Shown here: positions 43,316 to 46,647 of the stretch, one piece after another
Layout: each line of letters starts with the position of its first letter
How positions within the stretch are numbered: position 1 is the first letter of the stretch
From: Christensenellaceae bacterium
GTDB lineage: Bacteria > Bacillota > Clostridia > Christensenellales > Borkfalkiaceae
Direction of reading: 5' to 3'
NCBI GenBank assembly: GCA_045599025.1
Contig: JAZRVG010000066.1
Coordinates: 1 to 46,647, forward strand
DNA: 46,647 nt
Translations under genes and position numbers: made by a program
Notes under the pieces: generated by a model
What the model was told of the DNA's origin: nothing
The model's database searches: none
Seen by the model: the letters and a program-made list of their open reading frames with translations, nothing else

Positions 43316-45502
43316 CTAAATCGTTTCTTCAAAATATTCGTTTTCTATTTTCTTTCCGTTAAAGGTACAATTAAACCCACTGTTTTTTATTTTTAAAGTG
43401 ATTTTACCTTGCTTGCGTTCCCATAAAACTTCTAATTTGTTTCCGTTTTTATTATAAGTAGATTTTACGAAGTTTATATTTTTAGGGAACTTTGGCGAAA
43501 CGGTTACGGTATTATAATTTACTACGTTTATTCCCGCTAAATTCTTATAGAAAAACGCAGATATACTTCCCCAAAAATGATGGTTAAAAGATACTATATA
43601 GTCGTAATCGTCCTTTCTTTTAATTCCGTCATAGTCTTCTTTATACTCATAAAAGGCTTCGTGCAAAGTACTGCTACCTAAATTTATCCAGTAAAGAAAA
43701 CTCGGGAAATCTTCGTTAAGCATCATATCTAACGCCAAATCAACGTCGCCGTGGCTTGCTAAAACATCAAATAAATATCTTCCGCCAAGAGCCCCTACTC
43801 TCATTTTTCCGCCGTCTTCTTCTATCACTCTTTTCAAATGAGCGTAAGCCGTTTTTTCTTCGTTCTCGTCGTAAATACCGAACGATAGTGCAAACGCCTC
43901 CGCCGTTTGCGAATCAACCGTTATTTGCCCGTTTTTGACGTATTCTTTCCTAAAATTATTTATTAAATTATCTCTTTTTAAAGTGATATTATTTACTTCT
44001 TCTGTATCGCCTATCTCTTTAAAAATTTCTATTGACTTGTTGTAAAAATCAACGCATAAAAGAGAATCGGAAACTTCTATCGGCGAAGTTGCCACCGCAA
44101 CGTCAAGACTACCCGCTTCACACCAGTCGCCAAGACCGAAAGTAAGTAAGCCTTTTTCGTTAAATTTGGTATCTAAATATTTTATATAATTTTTAAGTGT
44201 TTGAGCGTTTTCGTATAAAACTTCTTGATTTCCGCTAAAACGGTAAAGTTCGTAGGGTAAAATTGCAATTATGGTATCCCAGCCCATACCGCTACCCCAG
44301 TCGTAGCCCCAACTTGCAGTAGGACATATGCACGGAATTGCTCCGCTACTTAATTGAGAGTTTCTTAAAATGTGCAAGTATTGTTTAAGTATAGGGTATA
44401 TTTCAAAATTGTAACTAAACTGTTCAACCGATAAATTTATATCTCCCGTCCAACCGTTCTTTTCCCTTTGCGGACAGTCGGTTGGAAAATGGTGAATATT
44501 TGAAACGTCACTGTTTATTGCCATTTGTTGCAATTTGTTTACGTAAATATTATCACACTCAAAAGTACCCGACTTTTCCAAATAGTTGTGGAACACTACG
44601 AAAGTGAGCAAGTCATTAGTTGCTTGCGTTTCGGTTATTCCCGTAATATAAACGTATCTAAACCCGTGATAAACGAAAGACGGAACGTAAGTTTGTTTTC
44701 CGTTTTTACAAACGTAAATTTCCTTTTGAAAATATTTAGCGTTAGTTCTTCCTACGAATATAATATTATCTAAATAAAGTTGATTTTCGTTAACTATTTC
44801 GGCGTGTTGATATTCAATTACTTGACCTTCGTTTGCGTTAATTGTAAGTTTGCAAACGCCCGAACTTATCTCGCCGAAATCGTAAATATAGCCTTCTCCG
44901 CTTTTTGTAATTTTAACGGGTTTTATTTCCCTTTCAATTAAAATAGGCGTTGAAGTGTTTTTAACGTATTCCCCTTTCGGCTCATCCGCTAAAATCGGCT
45001 TTTGCGGATTTTTATAAACGTCCTTTTCAAGCCTTGCGTCGTACCACTCGCCAAGCCTGTAATTGTCAAAAAGTATAGGCGAAGAATACACTTCAAAAGT
45101 TTCGTCGGTGGTAATTACTTCTTTTTCCCCGTCAAAAATTCCCAAATAGAATTTAGGAGCGGAACGGTAAACGGCATTTTCGTATTGCCAAACGTTGCCG
45201 TCAATGGAATTTACGAAACCGTTACCTAATAAAACGGTTATTTCGTTGTCTTTTTCTTTTAACAAATCTTTAATTTCGTATTCGTCGTAAAAAACCGTTT
45301 GGTCGGGATTTGAAAAGTACGGAGAAAGTAAACCTTTAGTAATTTCTTTTTTATTAACGAACAAACGGTATAAACCTACCACGCAAATTTCAAGCCTTGC
45401 GGTTTTATAAGAATAATCAAAAGTTTTTCTAAATAAAGGTGCGGAAACGGGATTTTCCACCGTTGCATAGTTTTCCGACGCCGAAAGATATCGTTTTTTC
45501 AT
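43316..45502 (-). CDS. GH78-like alpha-L-rhamnosidase
   Basis: The ORF track start was trimmed to the ATG at 45502 (SD AAGGA). Hallmark HHFPTDCPQREKNGWTGD, followed by a six-hairpin-type C-terminal region. Confidence 0.8.
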   Translation of the reverse strand: MKKRYLSASENYATVENPVSAPLFRKTFDYSYKTARLEICVVGLYRLFVNKKEITKGLLSPYFSNPDQTVFYDEYEIKDLLKEKDNEITVLLGNGFVNSIDGNVWQYENAVYRSAPKFYLGIFDGEKEVITTDETFEVYSSPILFDNYRLGEWYDARLEKDVYKNPQKPILADEPKGEYVKNTSTPILIEREIKPVKITKSGEGYIYDFGEISSGVCKLTINANEGQVIEYQHAEIVNENQLYLDNIIFVGRTNAKYFQKEIYVCKNGKQTYVPSFVYHGFRYVYITGITETQATNDLLTFVVFHNYLEKSGTFECDNIYVNKLQQMAINSDVSNIHHFPTDCPQREKNGWTGDINLSVEQFSYNFEIYPILKQYLHILRNSQLSSGAIPCICPTASWGYDWGSGMGWDTIIAILPYELYRFSGNQEVLYENAQTLKNYIKYLDTKFNEKGLLTFGLGDWCEAGSLDVAVATSPIEVSDSLLCVDFYNKSIEIFKEIGDTEEVNNITLKRDNLINNFRKEYVKNGQITVDSQTAEAFALSFGIYDENEEKTAYAHLKRVIEEDGGKMRVGALGGRYLFDVLASHGDVDLALDMMLNEDFPSFLYWINLGSSTLHEAFYEYKEDYDGIKRKDDYDYIVSFNHHFWGSISAFFYKNLAGINVVNYNTVTVSPKFPKNINFVKSTYNKNGNKLEVLWERKQGKITLKIKNSGFNCTFNGKKIENEYFEETI

Positions 45503-45714
45503 AAAATAGTCCTTTTTATCGTTTTCAATATTTTTTAAAATAAAAATCATTTAAAGAAAAATCGTCACTAAAACAATAACGTATCTTGTAAATAACAACA
45601 ATGACTTTACATATTAAAATTATAACATATTTTAATTTCAAATCAATAAATTATTTGTGTTTTTTTTAAGTAAGAATATTATTTTTAAAATTAGAATTAT
45701 AAACCGTAAAAAAG

Positions 45715-45743
45715 TTGTATTTTTTTTATAAATTTGATAAAAT
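45715..45743 (+). promoter_or_regulatory. Candidate promoter of tRNA-Gln(CUG) (TTGTAT-17-TAAAAT)
   Basis: Hand-counted hexamers at 45715-45720 and 45738-45743. Confidence 0.4.
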
Positions 45744-45762
45744 AATTATAAAAAATAGATAT

Positions 45763-45837
45763 TGGGGTGTCGCCAAGCGGTAAGGCGACGGACTCTGACT
45801 CCGTCATTCGGGGGTTCAAATCCCTCCACCCCAGCCA
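45763..45837 (+). tRNA. tRNA-Gln(CUG), CCA encoded
   Basis: Same acceptor and D arm as the Gln(UUG) gene. Anticodon arm ACGGA-CTCTGAC-TCCGT. T arm GGGGG-TTCAAAT-CCCTC. Confidence 0.9.
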
Positions 45838-45867
45838 TAAAATCGTAGATTTTATCTACGATTTTTA
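45838..45867 (+). terminator. Intrinsic terminator after tRNA-Gln
   Basis: atcgtagat/atctacgat stem with a ttt loop and a T-run. Confidence 0.7.
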
Positions 45868-45916
45868 ATTTTTCGCAAATTTCTAATTAGTAGCTTTTCT
45901 GCACTAAAATTACATT

Positions 45917-45950
45917 TTTGGGACTGAATTTGGGATTAAATTTGGGACTT
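45917..45950 (+). repeat. Three direct copies of TTTGGGA(C/T)T at 11-12-bp spacing (candidate integrase/Xis arm-type sites)
   Basis: tttgggact at 45917-45925, tttgggatt at 45929-45937, tttgggact at 45941-45949. Confidence 0.5.
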
Positions 45951-45967
45951 GCAAATCCGTTTTTACT

Positions 45968-46647
45968 TTAAATTTCTAAATTTATTTTTTGATAATTTAC
46001 TTTCTCTGCTTCTTTTAATTGATAACTTTCGGAATAATCCGTATATCCCCTATCAATTACAGAACTTAAAACATCTTTATCTTCACTATGCCCGTCCCAT
46101 AACATTACTATTTCCGGATTAACTCCGCTTTCTTTACAACGAGTTATGAACGTATATCTTAACTCGTGTAAATGGTGTTCGCTAAACAACCTTTTCATTG
46201 TAGTATTTAATGAAGACAAGTTAACGTTCTTTGCCTTTTTAAAGTCAATATAAGGCAATACGGCTTTAAACATAGGGGTAAAAGGTATTTTCCTTTTTTC
46301 AACTACTTTTCCCATTCTTTGCTTGCTTGTTTCTACTTCTAACCAAGTATTGTCTATTACTTTTAAAGTTTTAAGTTCACTTCTTCTAAGACCTGTATAA
46401 ATTAAAACCAACAAAGCGTGCGACGTATCTCTATTTATATTTTGCAAACAATATGTAACAAGTTTTTGCTCTTCTTCATAAGTAAAGGCTTTGCCCTTCT
46501 TTGTTTCGTAATGCGGAAGGGTAACCTTTTTCATTGGAGAAGGCAATTGATAATCTTCTTGTGCCATGTCAAATATACAACGCAATACTAAATGCAACTT
46601 TTCCGCAGTTCTGTTTTTACCTTGTTTTGTAAACCTAAATAAAAATT
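45968..46647 (-). CDS. Tyrosine recombinase/phage-type integrase; N-terminus lies beyond the right window edge
   Basis: The ORF track starts at a TTG at 46597, but I translated 46598-46645 in frame (..FLFRFTKQGKNRTAEK-LHLV..) with no stop, so the gene is edge-truncated. Catalytic strings TGLRRSE, HELRYTF, WDGHS, and a terminal Y. Confidence 0.85.
   Translation of the reverse strand, partial: FLFRFTKQGKNRTAEKLHLVLRCIFDMAQEDYQLPSPMKKVTLPHYETKKGKAFTYEEEQKLVTYCLQNINRDTSHALLVLIYTGLRRSELKTLKVIDNTWLEVETSKQRMGKVVEKRKIPFTPMFKAVLPYIDFKKAKNVNLSSLNTTMKRLFSEHHLHELRYTFITRCKESGVNPEIVMLWDGHSEDKDVLSSVIDRGYTDYSESYQLKEAEKVNYQKINLEI

Larger units (their letters stand above)
45838..46647. mobile_element. Probable integrase-proximal (left) end of an element integrated at tRNA-Gln(CUG); continues beyond the window
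   Basis: Classical arrangement: tRNA 3' end, short spacer with repeats, then a tyrosine integrase reading toward the tRNA. Confidence 0.5.

Noticed and set aside
9742-45550. N-terminal extensions proposed by the ORF track for 9742-11760, 11726-13690, 13909-14733, 20444-21379, 21381-22268, 22241-23683, 24562-25149, 25183-26289, 28437-29111, 31711-32040, 34003-34506, 37663-38451 and 43316-45550
   Set aside because: In each case an internal ATG is preceded by a well-spaced SD. That start gives a canonical N-terminus (a signal peptide or a family-typical start) or removes an overlap with the upstream gene. The longer forms start at GTG/TTG or at an ATG with no SD.

Overview
46.6-kb AT-rich chromosomal segment that reads like a low-GC Firmicutes/Clostridia-type genome: standard genetic code, AGGAGG-type ribosome-binding sites (SD), TTGACA-17-TATAAT promoters and lipoprotein signal peptides. 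It is visibly CpG-rich for its base composition. No homology search or RNA-model search was possible. All product calls rest on motifs I recognise in the translations, and all RNA and regulatory calls on hand folding and counting.

Layout:
- 1-14733: one long minus-strand glycan-utilisation operon. It holds three DUF4838 paralogues, a three-component ABC importer and a 1271-aa repeat-rich surface lipoprotein, with a divergent AraC regulator. The leftmost gene is cut by the window edge and is missing from the ORF track.
- 15-34.5 kb: mostly housekeeping genes. These are galK, an HD-domain dGTPase-like protein, ogg plus an esterase, degV, an NfnAB-like pair, an Isf-like flavoprotein, an EEP-family protein, an FAD oxidoreductase, an HNH-like protein, a ribbon-helix-helix (RHH) protein co-transcribed with clpB, an ACT/UPF0210 pair, and rdgB plus a metallophosphoesterase. 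Two orphan coiled-coil proteins are interspersed.
- 34667-35218: a six-tRNA operon (Gly, Arg, His, Gln, Lys, Lys).
- 35219-35525: the most unusual object in the window. It is a ~200-nt, roughly 58% GC, hairpin-dense island bracketed by a perfect 45-nt duplication of the tRNA-operon terminator. The island ends in a degenerate copy of the tRNA-Lys(CTT) T-arm and acceptor 3' strand.
- 35.5-45.5 kb: a UvrD-like helicase, an orphan membrane protein, a GNAT acetyltransferase, a TIM-barrel isomerase, a translationally coupled gpx-TSCPD-ohrR operon, a Y-family polymerase with a YolD-like partner, and a GH78-like rhamnosidase.
- 45763 to the right edge: tRNA-Gln(CTG) followed by a tyrosine integrase cut by the window edge. 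This is probably the left end of an integrated element.

No CRISPR array, rRNA gene or transposase was seen.
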